64,000 nt of DNA from a virus, in the IMG/VR virus record IMGVR_UViG_3300031539_000002; one strand, given 5' to 3'. Shown here in pieces: positions 28,412 to 38,093 of this stretch (within the stretch, counting starts at the first letter, position 1; the number at the start of each line of letters is the position of its first letter). The notes beneath the pieces are model-generated. The model had not been told where the DNA came from. It worked only from the letters and a program-made list of their open reading frames with translations, and did no database searches. Both the position numbers and the translations under genes were made by a program.

Positions 28412-28987
28412 ATGGAAGCGAACAAGTTGAAGCAGTACTCGAAGCTGATGAGCCTCGTGCTGCGACATGACCCGGCGAAGATCGGGATTGAATTAGACGA
28501 CGCTGGGTGGACTGACGTTGCGAAGCTCGTGCGACAGGCGAACTCGGTCGAGGTCAAGAGGGGTCGCGGGCTCACGCTCGAGATCCTCCACGAGGTTGTC
28601 GAGAAGAACGACAAGAAGCGGTTTGAAATCTCCGAGGACGGACGCCGTATCCGAGCACGTCAGGGACACAGTGTCCAGGTCGAGCTCGGGGACGAGAAGC
28701 GGGAGCCTCCCGAGTTTCTCTACCACGGCACCCCTGAGAAGTTCGTCGCTGCGATTCGGTCAGGAGGGTTGCTCAAGATGAGTCGCCATGCCGTTCACCT
28801 GTCGCCCGACACGGTGACCGCCGACCGGGTGGGCTCAAGGCGAGGCAAGCCCGCGATCCTGATGATCCGAGCAAAGCAGATGCACGACGATGGCCATGCG
28901 TTTTACTTGACCGGCAACAACGTCTGGTACACGGACCACGTCCCGACCGACTACATCGTCTGGCCGGGGCACCGTCCCAATCTCTAG
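28412..28987 (+). CDS. kptA: RNA 2'-phosphotransferase Tpt1/KptA
   Basis: LRHDP, KKRF, IRARQGHS, LYHGT, RHAVHLS, NNVW. Confidence 0.92.
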   Translation: MEANKLKQYSKLMSLVLRHDPAKIGIELDDAGWTDVAKLVRQANSVEVKRGRGLTLEILHEVVEKNDKKRFEISEDGRRIRARQGHSVQVELGDEKREPPEFLYHGTPEKFVAAIRSGGLLKMSRHAVHLSPDTVTADRVGSRRGKPAILMIRAKQMHDDGHAFYLTGNNVWYTDHVPTDYIVWPGHRPNL

Positions 28988-29445
28988 GCGCCGTAGATCT
29001 TGATCGATCCGCCTTGCCCTGAGCCGGAGCCAGTGCCGGAGATAAACGTGATGTCGCCTCCTGACATGCCGTTGCCCGCAGTAAGGAACACAGACCCATC
29101 ACTGACTGGCGGCGGTGGCGGCGGCGGCTTCGGCATGTCGGCTTCGGGCACCCGTTCCCATGGTCCCTCCATGACTTCGACGGTCATGATCAGCTCCTCA
29201 ACGCTCTCAACGCCCTGAGGAGAGCCTCCTCGCGAGGTTGCCACCGCAGGGCCATGTACGACTTCGGGGCGCTCTGAGAGCGGCAGACGCCATTTCTCGA
29301 GGCGAACACGATGGCCGGCTTCGCATTGTCTCCGAGCCCATTTGAGGTCCCGTGTTCCCGGGGCTGCGTGGGCAAGGGAAGGAGCAGCAACGGCGGCCAC
29401 AGCTCCGCCGAGACCAAAAGCCGAGAGGAAGTTACGCCTACGCAT
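28984..29445 (-). CDS. Hypothetical protein with twin-arginine signal peptide
   Basis: MRRRNFLSAFGLGGAVAAVAAPSLAHA; poly-Pro linker; Gly-rich tail. Confidence 0.55.
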   Translation of the reverse strand: MRRRNFLSAFGLGGAVAAVAAPSLAHAAPGTRDLKWARRQCEAGHRVRLEKWRLPLSERPEVVHGPAVATSRGGSPQGVESVEELIMTVEVMEGPWERVPEADMPKPPPPPPPVSDGSVFLTAGNGMSGGDITFISGTGSGSGQGGSIKIYGA

Positions 29446-29453
29446 CCTTCACT

Positions 29454-30074
29454 CTACCGATCACGCGGCGTGTAGAGCTTCGAGAACTCAGCGCCGAATC
29501 GGTCGTTGACGATCTTGAAAGCCTCGGGGGTGTAGTAGCTTCCCCAGGGCTTTTTGTCCTTCGTCTCGTTGTGTCGCTCGAGGGGGACCGTGGGTAGCCC
29601 GAGAGTACCCATCAGGGCATCGAGGTCGGGCTGGAGGGTCTCGTACCGAATCAGGGTTTGGCAGTCCTGTGCGAGGTAGTAGATGCGCCCATCCTCGATG
29701 TACGGCGACTCGTGGTAGTTGCGAACGAAGTCCACGAAAGTCTTGGAGCCTCCGCGACGGACGAAGCAGCTCACGAGGAAGTCGTAGGGGTTGCGTACGA
29801 CTCCGAAGATATGCTCGTCGCCGGTCACGAGTTCGTGCACGATTTCGGGGTTCCATTCGCCCGGTTTGGAGGGTTTCCAGATGCGTGTGCGAGCCCTACT
29901 GATCTGTTCCATGCGGACGGCCCCTGGTGCGCCTTTCACATCGGCGAGGCCCATGTGCTGAGGTCGCAGATCGAACGCCTCGGGGAAGACATCTTGGAGC
30001 GCGAGCACCATCGCGCTTGATCCGGTGTGGGGGTGGGCGAGGAAGAGGAATTTGCCCGGTAGAAGGACGGCCAC
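29454..30074 (-). CDS. Sulfotransferase family 2-like protein
   Basis: FLFLAHPHTGSS, GVVRNPYDFLVS, IRYETL, YYTPE. Start placed at GTG 30074 by the leaderless motif. Confidence 0.6.
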   Translation of the reverse strand: MAVLLPGKFLFLAHPHTGSSAMVLALQDVFPEAFDLRPQHMGLADVKGAPGAVRMEQISRARTRIWKPSKPGEWNPEIVHELVTGDEHIFGVVRNPYDFLVSCFVRRGGSKTFVDFVRNYHESPYIEDGRIYYLAQDCQTLIRYETLQPDLDALMGTLGLPTVPLERHNETKDKKPWGSYYTPEAFKIVNDRFGAEFSKLYTPRDR

Positions 30075-30191
30075 GTTGCACACTACCCTCGAGGTGGGTA
30101 TGGTCCTGAGGTCGCGCCCTCCGTGGTGCCGCGGCTGCTGAATCTGACAGACCCCTTTTCCGCCCTGCGATGCAGGGGAGGCGATTCAGTG

Positions 30192-30878
30192 ATGGAAAAC
30201 GAACAACAACAAGACGGTGTCGTCCGCATGGGCGACTTCTACGAAGACTGCCGCTACCACCCGATGCTTTGCGTCTGGAGAGACGGCGATGACTTGACCG
30301 GTGTTTCGCTTGTGACCGGGAAGATCGGGTGTTGCAGCGCGAGCCACTGCGGAGTTCAGAAGCTCGACAAATTCGATGCCCTGTATCTGCGGATGCACGG
30401 ACCACTCGATGCGTGGCCGATCGGGGAACGATGCCCGTGGCCGAAGGAACAGCAGTGGTGGAAAGAGGAGGCCGTGAAGCACTCGCAACATTCACGGTCG
30501 ATCCCCATCAAGACTCCACCTGGATGGAAGATCTACCCTGGATGGTCACCTGAGGGAGGTGAGTTGTGGGAGAGCTCCGATCAGATGCACTGGAACGAGG
30601 ACATGTGGGGCGCGACTGGCGACGAGTGGGTTCTCGACATCGGGTCCTATGGGAACCACCACGTCTACACCTGCAAAGCCCTTCGACGCCGACCGGTGCG
30701 GGAGGTGTTCCCCGAGGACTACGAAGAGACGATCAAGTTCTGGAATCTCGACGGGCCTGACGCTTTGGTCGTAAATTGGCAGGAGCCCGACGTGGAGGTT
30801 GATTTTCACGATCCAGAGGAAGCTGCTGCGTGGGCTGCTGCGTGGATGCAGCGGGGCGGTCCGCCAAAGAGCTCCTAA
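30192..30878 (+). CDS. Hypothetical Trp/Cys-rich protein
   Basis: GGGGAGG RBS; GDFYEDCRYHPMLC..CSASHCG. Confidence 0.5.
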   Translation: MENEQQQDGVVRMGDFYEDCRYHPMLCVWRDGDDLTGVSLVTGKIGCCSASHCGVQKLDKFDALYLRMHGPLDAWPIGERCPWPKEQQWWKEEAVKHSQHSRSIPIKTPPGWKIYPGWSPEGGELWESSDQMHWNEDMWGATGDEWVLDIGSYGNHHVYTCKALRRRPVREVFPEDYEETIKFWNLDGPDALVVNWQEPDVEVDFHDPEEAAAWAAAWMQRGGPPKSS

Positions 30879-30933
30879 ACGCCTCAGGTCTTGGTTTTTC
30901 GTTCTATCGAGGTCCATAGGTGGGACGCCCCTC

Positions 30934-32475
30934 ATGGCTCAGCTTCGATCTGCAACCGACCAGAACCTCGTGCGCCTTTTGCGGGCCCGCGCGGAAGGTG
31001 ACACTGCGTTTCGTGAATCTCTTGCGCGCGAGATTCAAGCTGAGCCGAAGTACCAAGAGTACATCCAGCGCAAGCGCCAGGAAGGCGCCTCGCAATGGCT
31101 TTCCGAAGAGGATTGGGAGGCATACGTCTTTGGCAAGGAGCCCGCGAACGAAGCTCCTGCTGAGCAGCCTGTTGAACAGGCTCCGACTCAAGAGCAGTCC
31201 GAGGAGCAGCGGCCAAGCGAAAAAGCCGACCCAGATGCGAAGGAGGAGAAGCGAAGCGACCGTTTGATGGGTCGGGTTAAACAGTTCATCAAAAACCGGC
31301 GTCGGCAGCGTGGGAAGAAGTTCTGGGAGGCTACCCAAACGACGGGGTCGATGCCCAAGCGGTTGTTCCCGACCCGGGAGACGCGGCACCTTCCGAAGTG
31401 GGCCGCGCAAACGAGCAACAACCCTGAGCGCATCATGGCGCAAGCTCAAGAGTCACAGTCGTTGATGATTGATTGGCTCAACCGAGGCCGCGGCATCGAC
31501 AAGGCTATCGGCGCCACGACCGTGCGTCGTGATGAAGACCCGAAAGCTGAGATCGACCTTTCGCAGAAGGGTCCTGTTCTTGTGATTGGACCTCCCAAGA
31601 CGAAGAAGGCGATGGAGGACAAGGTCCGGGAGCGGTACTCGCCGCGAGGAGTGCCGAATTGGAGCGAGGGAGCTGTGGACCTCATCCGTGCTTCGATCGC
31701 TGTGGATCGTTACGATGACTTGGCTGGCGTCGTGGACAAGCTCAAGGAAAGCGGCATCGAACTCGTATCGAAACCCCGAAATCGGTTTCGCCAGGCCACC
31801 GCTTCGGGGTATCGAGATGTTGTGCTCAACGCCCGACTTCCCAACGGCCACATCATGGAGCTTCAACTCCATGTGAAGCCGATGATCAAGGCCAAAGACA
31901 AGACCCATGGTCTCTACCAAGAGATTCGAGGGCTCGACACGAAGGACAAGGACGAGCTCAACGAGGAGCAGCAAGCTTTGCTCGACCGGGTTGCAGCGGT
32001 GCAGCGGGCTTCTTTCGATGCCGCTTGGGAGATGTCTTTGGAGGGGGTAGAGCCTGAGTCCATCTTCGATGCTCCTCTCTTCTCGGAGTCCAAGAAACCC
32101 AAGAAGCCCAAGCGACGCAAAAGAGCGGGAGAAGAAGAGGGAGAAGAGACGCTTTACTTTGACGTGGACGGCCTCCCTGTGTCGTGGGACCGCCCCAAGA
32201 TCCCGAAGATCCACGGTGGCGGGGAGCCCCGCAAAGTCCAAGATCTCGCTTGGTTCATGGAGCGCGCCGTTCCTATTGCGAAGGACGAGTTTGAGATCTT
32301 GGTCAACGCCCGCAAAGAGACGCCTCCGAAGGGTAAAGACGACAAGAGCGAGAAGAGCGAGAAGGCGGCGCGAGACCTGCATCTTCTAGCGGCCATGCGA
32401 CGCCGTGCCGCAACCGATCCCGAGTTCCGAAGCGCGCTCCAGAAGGCGATGCGGGCACGGAAAGAGAACCCCTGA
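30934..32475 (+). CDS. Putative virion cargo protein with RelA/SpoT-type nucleotidyltransferase domain
   Basis: DLIRASI, RNRF..SGYRDV.LN, IMELQLH; flanked by FR helices and SIFDAP. Confidence 0.75.
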   Translation: MAQLRSATDQNLVRLLRARAEGDTAFRESLAREIQAEPKYQEYIQRKRQEGASQWLSEEDWEAYVFGKEPANEAPAEQPVEQAPTQEQSEEQRPSEKADPDAKEEKRSDRLMGRVKQFIKNRRRQRGKKFWEATQTTGSMPKRLFPTRETRHLPKWAAQTSNNPERIMAQAQESQSLMIDWLNRGRGIDKAIGATTVRRDEDPKAEIDLSQKGPVLVIGPPKTKKAMEDKVRERYSPRGVPNWSEGAVDLIRASIAVDRYDDLAGVVDKLKESGIELVSKPRNRFRQATASGYRDVVLNARLPNGHIMELQLHVKPMIKAKDKTHGLYQEIRGLDTKDKDELNEEQQALLDRVAAVQRASFDAAWEMSLEGVEPESIFDAPLFSESKKPKKPKRRKRAGEEEGEETLYFDVDGLPVSWDRPKIPKIHGGGEPRKVQDLAWFMERAVPIAKDEFEILVNARKETPPKGKDDKSEKSEKAARDLHLLAAMRRRAATDPEFRSALQKAMRARKENP

Positions 32476-35400
32476 TGGCGGATTTCGAGTGGCAGAGTTT
32501 CTTCCTTGATGTGACGCCCGAGCCCCCGCGCTCGAAGGTGGCGCTGTCTATTTTCGATGCGCCAGATTCAGTGGAATCTGAGCCTCCTGAGAAGAAGAAA
32601 GAGCCCAAGCCCAAAGCTGAGGAGCCCAAGGCAGAGTCCAAACCGGAGGCGCCTGCGAGCATCTTTGAGACTCCGTCTGCGGAGCCGGCAGCCCCTGCCG
32701 AAGAGAAGCCTAAGGAGACGCCCGAAGAAGGGGGCCAACCTTACAGCCCTCCTGCGGGCGCACAGGACTCCGGTAAGTGGGAGGAGTTTCTCAACCTGTT
32801 TTACGAGGGCGGTAAAAAGAAGGTCAAGAACCCGAACGCGGAAACGAAGGACAAGTATCCCGAGGTTCAGCTAAGCACGGCACTCAAAGACCAAATGTTC
32901 GCCCATGGGATTCAGCAAGAGTTCCATGCGTGGCTACAGCAGGGCAAAGAAGACGATCCCGCGTCCGATGCCCCTGCGGTTGAAGAGAAGCCGAAGTCCG
33001 AGCAGAAAAAGAAGCCCAAAGTCGGCACGAAGGTCGAGAGCTTGGACCAGGTTGTCCCAGGCATGTTCATTGAGAACGCATGGGGGACGGTCGGCAAGGT
33101 CACCTCGATGCTGCCCGATGGCGGTTTTCGCTATCGGCAGTTCGACAAGATCACAAACAAGTGGAAGGGCACGACTAAGATCGACAAGGCGAAGGCCGAG
33201 CAGTACTTCTCAGGGCAGTCGTTTACCGTCACTGAGGATCCGGCCCAAGACATCCCGAAGGGCTCCACGACGGTTCACGGCACTGATGTCACGCCAGGGG
33301 ATACCGTCTGGTTCAACGGTGACCCCCGCAAGGTCAAGAAGGTTGAGGAGGACCCGAACAAGCACGGCTACCGGTATCAGCTAGAGGACGGCACTTGGGT
33401 CAACATGCACGACGTGGAGGGGCCCAAGATGGAGTCCCCACACTCGTACGTCTACCACCAGCCCGGTGATCCCGAACCGGAGCCAGAGCCCTCGGCCGAA
33501 ACCCCTAAGCCCAAGAAGAAGGAGAAGGTTGACGTTGGCGATAAGGTTGAGACCTCTTCGCAGCTCACCGAAGGGGATTGGCTTGAGAGCTTCGACGCCG
33601 ATGACCCGAGTGAAAAGTATCTCGGCAAGGTCACTGAGGTGGTTGAGGGGGGTCCCTTCGGAGAGAAGGGGGAGTATGGCCCTGGGGTCATGATCCAAGA
33701 CTACAGCGCCGTGACCGGGAAGATGTCGGGCAAGCCTTGGTTCCTTTCAGATGAGAAGTTGCCAGAAGGGGACACGACGAAGGTCAAGCCTCCGAAGGTC
33801 AAGAAGGGACTGACGGGCAAAGAGGTCACTGACTCCAAGAAGCTCCAAGAAGGCGACGTTCTTCGTATCCATGAGTACGACGGTGGCAAGACGTACACGG
33901 CCCAGGTCATCAAGAACGATGACGGCTGGATCGTTTACAACATCGTGAACCCCAAGACCGGAAAGGTCTCGGATACTCGCACGGTCTCACCGCAGACGTT
34001 TGCGGACGAGCTCCAGGTTGCACGTTTGCCTGCGTCGAAGGTCCCCAAGAAGCTCAAGCCGATGTCGAAGACGAACGATGACGGCTCCGTCAACCCGTTC
34101 GCGCTCGTCATGGAGCAGCACGCCGAGAAGGAGCTGGCCAAGGCGAAGGCCAAGAGCAAGGAGCAGACCGAAGACCTTCAAGAGGACGCGGACCCTCCGG
34201 CTGCTGCGCCCAAAAAGGACAAGCCCAAAGGCAAGACCAAGAAGGTCGACAAGGGCAAGTGGAAGCTCCAGACGGAGCAAGTCGGTTGGGACGACATCAA
34301 AGTCGGTGACATGGTCCACACGGCGGACTACGGGCCGCAGCGCGTCGTGGGCCATACGGGAAGCGGCGTACGCCTTGAGAGTGGCGTTGTCCTTACGAAG
34401 AGCCAGCTCAAAAAAGACAAGGGTCAGTTCACCGTTTCCCGAGGAGACAAGCCACAGAAGGCTAAGGCACCTCCGATTCCCGAACGTCCGCAAGGGAAAC
34501 TCGTCTCGAAGGCGGATACTGTTCAAGAGGGCGATGTCATCGAGTACGAGCACAACGGCACCACCTACCGTGGTGAGGTTGTCTCGTGGGACACCCTTGG
34601 AGAGAAGTTCCGCGTTCGCATCATCTATCCGCCTGAATACGTCGCCAAGTACGAGACCTACGACGAGGCGACGGGTGAGAAGAAGTTCAAGACCCCTTCG
34701 TTCGACCAAGCCAAGATTGACAAGCGCAAGCCTCGAATCCTCTCGAAGGATGAGATGAAGGCGTACGACGCCAAGGTCAAGGGGTACACGCAGAAGATCA
34801 AGGACATCGACAAGCAGTATTCCGAAGATGTGGCGGAGTACGAGGCCGCGATGTCGGGTCAGGAAACGGTCACCACGGGGCCGCTTCAGCACCTTGAACC
34901 CCCCAAGGATTGGAACCACGACAGCACCATTGCGCATGACGCTGACCGATTCTTTGAGCAGTACAAGGCGATGCTTGGAGATAAGATCGAGTCCATTGTG
35001 GGCGGGATGTCCTCGGGCAAGTCCTACTGGTCGGGGACATCTGCCATGTGGGACGAGATGTCCGAAGGAGAGCGTAAGCTCGCGCAGTCGGCCCACGATG
35101 CGGCACCTGAGTTCAGGAAGCTGTTGACTACGGAGGAATGGAGTGCGTGGCAAAGCGCGCTCTCAACTTGGCAGGGCTCGAGCGGAGGCTCGACCGCACA
35201 TACGCTGATGGGTGGCCTTGAAAACCTCGGGGTCGAGGGAGGCCCCAAGTATTTTGAGTCCTCAAACGTGCAGCATTACCGGGAAGAGGGGCGCAAGAAC
35301 GAGGCGCTCCATCGCGCGATCTCCAAGGCGATGGCGTACAGCCAGCTCGTCTACGACGCTCTTGGCGTGAAGGACGTATCCCTCTACCGCGGTACCAAGA

Positions 35401-38093
35401 CCAAACCGGTTCAAGGGGCCGAGCAGGGCAAGAAGATCACGACTACCACTGCGCGTGAACTTGCATCCTTCTCGATCGATCCTCAAGTCGCTTACAGTTT
35501 TGCGGGCGGAGACAAGCGAGTCGTCAGATATCGCGTGCCTGTTTCTCGCCTGTTCATTTCGCCTATCACGTTCGCCCCGCTTTCTTCGGCGAAGTCGCCG
35601 CACAGCGAGAACGAGTACGTCGTTGCCGGCCAGGATGGCATGGAGGGCAAGGTGATGCCCCAGAGCCTGTCCTCGTTCAGTTCGTCGAAGATGAAACTCG
35701 CAGCCTACGAGCGCCGCCCCTTGTTTGGGCCTGTCCTTGATGATGAGGCGTTGATCATCGAGTTTGAGCCTGAGGATGATGCGTGGCTGCGGGCGCCGGT
35801 CAAAGAGACCTGGTGGCCCAGCTACTGCAACCAGTACGATCAGTGGGCTGAGGAGTACGAGCCTCGAGTCGCCTCCAAGATCCTTCGATTGGCTCGTCAG
35901 CACTCGGGGTTCCGACGTGAACTCCTTGCGGTCCTGCATCCCGTCAAGAAGGCCACGACGGTTTTCGACGCTCCCGACACCAAGATGGCGGTTTCGATTT
36001 TCGATGCCCCTGACTCGGCCGCTGCCCCAAAGAAGACCAAGCCGCAGGAGCCCCCCAAACAGGGGCCCCCCAAGAAGCACAAGTTCATTGTTGACCCCAT
36101 CGATCCCGACAAGGAGTCGGACATCGAAGGAGACGCCGACGTGATTCGAGATCTCACAGAGAGTCTTGGGTACGGCCAAGTGACCGACGTGCACATTGAG
36201 GGTGATTACGACGAGGGCACCATCAAGGGCCGCATCGAGGTCGAGGTGGACGCCGACAAGGCACATGATTTCTACACGGCGTTGGGGGAAAAGGGGTACG
36301 CAAGCTGGCCCAAGCCCAAGCCTCCCTCGAACGGAGGCACCTTCGATGAGTGGTTCGCCAAGAAGTACGACGGCGGCAAGAAGAAGGTTCAGAACCCCAA
36401 CCCTGAGACCAAGGACAAGTACCCTGAGGTCGCCACGTCAACGGCGATGAAGGACAAGGCGTTCGCGGCCAAGGTCTATGCTGAATACCAGCAAGAGACG
36501 GGACAGGAAGCGCAGCCGAAGCCTCAGGCTGCTCCCCCAAAGGCAAAATCCCCGAAGCCCAAGGTTGCCCCTCCAGAGGAGGGACCCAAAGCGCTCAAGC
36601 CTTCCGATCTCAAGACCGGGGACAAGATCCGTTACTCGTACAAGGGCAACGAGTTCGTCGGTGATATCGTCTCCGCAGAAGGCGGGGAGGTTCGAGCGAA
36701 TCTCTATCACCCGAAGACGGGCAAGAAGCTGCGCTTCAAGCCGGTCACGATCAACGCGGAGAAGCTCAAAGAGTGGGGCGCAGAACGTGCTGACGACTGG
36801 CACCGTCCTCCTCCCCCGAAGATCAAGCCTGGTGTGAGGCTCGTCGTGCCCGACGAGGATCTCGATGGCCAGGTGATTGAGGTTGCCGACAAGTACCAAG
36901 ACGACGAAGGCAAGTGGATTCTCAAAGACACCGCCGGCGTGGAGTGGAACTGGGAGGGGTCGAGTGGCGGCAAATGGGAGGTGGCTCCCGAGAAGCCCAA
37001 GAAGAAAGAATACGCCGGCGGCCTCACGGAGGATGAGCACAGCTACATCTATTCGTGGCTCGAGACGGTGATGGGCAACGCCGAGGAGGACGGCAAGCCC
37101 GAGAAGAAGAAGCACTATGAGGACCTCCAGGCGAAGCTCTACGAGGGGAAGGAGCTCACTTTCGAGGAGGCCGACGAGCTGCACAGTATCGCGGACGATA
37201 ATCAAGACCCGGACCTGGACGAGGACTACGTTCCGTCCGCAGTCGAGAAACTGAAAAAGCTTCGGGATAGCCTTCAGCCAGAGGAGAAGCCCAAGGCTCA
37301 GGAACTGCTCGACATCGACGCGGGGGGTTTCAAGCAGGTCGGCCACCAGACCGGGAGCAACCCCGGTGGCCTTTACGAGGACAAGCAAGGCGAACGCTAC
37401 TACGTCAAGACGCCGAAGTCTGAGGACAGGGGACGCAACGAGATCTTGGCCGGCAAGCTCTACGGACTCGCGGACATCGCTATCCCTGAACTGACTCCTG
37501 CAACCCGCGACGGCAAGTTCAGCGTCGCTAGCAAGATCGTCCCAGGCCTCAGCGAGAATGCCCACAAACTTCGCTCTGGCGACGTGCCGGGGGTGCTCGA
37601 GGGCATTGCCGTGGACGCATGGCTCGGCAACTGGGATGTGGTGGGGCTCGAGTACGACAACCTGCTCGTGGACGAGGAAGGCAATGGTCGCCGCGTGGAT
37701 ACCGGCGGCGCGCTCCGATACCGAGCGATGGGTGCCCCGAAGGGTGATGCGTTCGGTGATGAGGTCACCGAGCTCGACACCTTCACGGACCCGGATCGGA
37801 AGTCCGGGAGTGTTTTCCACCACGCTACTCCGCAGCAGATCGTGGACAGCATTGACCGCGTGCTCGACATCCCCGAAGACAAGATCCGGGAGCTGGTGGA
37901 CCAGTGGGGACCGCAGGGCAAGGAGAGGGACAAGCTGTTCAAGACGCTCCTGGCTCGTCGAGAGAGCCTCAAGAAGCAGCGTGAGAAGTACGCAGAGAAA
38001 GCTGCCGAGAAGAAGGCAGCAGCCAGGGTATTGATGGCCGCACTCCGACGACCTGAGTTCCGTAAGGCGCTGCTGCGTGAGGTTCGGGGATGA
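32475..38093 (+). CDS. 1872-aa polyvalent protein: SH3/KOW-like repeats, ADP-ribosyltransferase, HipA/PI3-4K-like kinase
   Basis: ART: LYRG..ELASFS..ENEYVV (about 35380-35625). Kinase-like: GSNPGG, YYVK, NEILA, DAWLGNWD, DN, DTGG (about 37350-37730). Confidence 0.7.
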   Translation: MADFEWQSFFLDVTPEPPRSKVALSIFDAPDSVESEPPEKKKEPKPKAEEPKAESKPEAPASIFETPSAEPAAPAEEKPKETPEEGGQPYSPPAGAQDSGKWEEFLNLFYEGGKKKVKNPNAETKDKYPEVQLSTALKDQMFAHGIQQEFHAWLQQGKEDDPASDAPAVEEKPKSEQKKKPKVGTKVESLDQVVPGMFIENAWGTVGKVTSMLPDGGFRYRQFDKITNKWKGTTKIDKAKAEQYFSGQSFTVTEDPAQDIPKGSTTVHGTDVTPGDTVWFNGDPRKVKKVEEDPNKHGYRYQLEDGTWVNMHDVEGPKMESPHSYVYHQPGDPEPEPEPSAETPKPKKKEKVDVGDKVETSSQLTEGDWLESFDADDPSEKYLGKVTEVVEGGPFGEKGEYGPGVMIQDYSAVTGKMSGKPWFLSDEKLPEGDTTKVKPPKVKKGLTGKEVTDSKKLQEGDVLRIHEYDGGKTYTAQVIKNDDGWIVYNIVNPKTGKVSDTRTVSPQTFADELQVARLPASKVPKKLKPMSKTNDDGSVNPFALVMEQHAEKELAKAKAKSKEQTEDLQEDADPPAAAPKKDKPKGKTKKVDKGKWKLQTEQVGWDDIKVGDMVHTADYGPQRVVGHTGSGVRLESGVVLTKSQLKKDKGQFTVSRGDKPQKAKAPPIPERPQGKLVSKADTVQEGDVIEYEHNGTTYRGEVVSWDTLGEKFRVRIIYPPEYVAKYETYDEATGEKKFKTPSFDQAKIDKRKPRILSKDEMKAYDAKVKGYTQKIKDIDKQYSEDVAEYEAAMSGQETVTTGPLQHLEPPKDWNHDSTIAHDADRFFEQYKAMLGDKIESIVGGMSSGKSYWSGTSAMWDEMSEGERKLAQSAHDAAPEFRKLLTTEEWSAWQSALSTWQGSSGGSTAHTLMGGLENLGVEGGPKYFESSNVQHYREEGRKNEALHRAISKAMAYSQLVYDALGVKDVSLYRGTKTKPVQGAEQGKKITTTTARELASFSIDPQVAYSFAGGDKRVVRYRVPVSRLFISPITFAPLSSAKSPHSENEYVVAGQDGMEGKVMPQSLSSFSSSKMKLAAYERRPLFGPVLDDEALIIEFEPEDDAWLRAPVKETWWPSYCNQYDQWAEEYEPRVASKILRLARQHSGFRRELLAVLHPVKKATTVFDAPDTKMAVSIFDAPDSAAAPKKTKPQEPPKQGPPKKHKFIVDPIDPDKESDIEGDADVIRDLTESLGYGQVTDVHIEGDYDEGTIKGRIEVEVDADKAHDFYTALGEKGYASWPKPKPPSNGGTFDEWFAKKYDGGKKKVQNPNPETKDKYPEVATSTAMKDKAFAAKVYAEYQQETGQEAQPKPQAAPPKAKSPKPKVAPPEEGPKALKPSDLKTGDKIRYSYKGNEFVGDIVSAEGGEVRANLYHPKTGKKLRFKPVTINAEKLKEWGAERADDWHRPPPPKIKPGVRLVVPDEDLDGQVIEVADKYQDDEGKWILKDTAGVEWNWEGSSGGKWEVAPEKPKKKEYAGGLTEDEHSYIYSWLETVMGNAEEDGKPEKKKHYEDLQAKLYEGKELTFEEADELHSIADDNQDPDLDEDYVPSAVEKLKKLRDSLQPEEKPKAQELLDIDAGGFKQVGHQTGSNPGGLYEDKQGERYYVKTPKSEDRGRNEILAGKLYGLADIAIPELTPATRDGKFSVASKIVPGLSENAHKLRSGDVPGVLEGIAVDAWLGNWDVVGLEYDNLLVDEEGNGRRVDTGGALRYRAMGAPKGDAFGDEVTELDTFTDPDRKSGSVFHHATPQQIVDSIDRVLDIPEDKIRELVDQWGPQGKERDKLFKTLLARRESLKKQREKYAEKAAEKKAAARVLMAALRRPEFRKALLREVRG

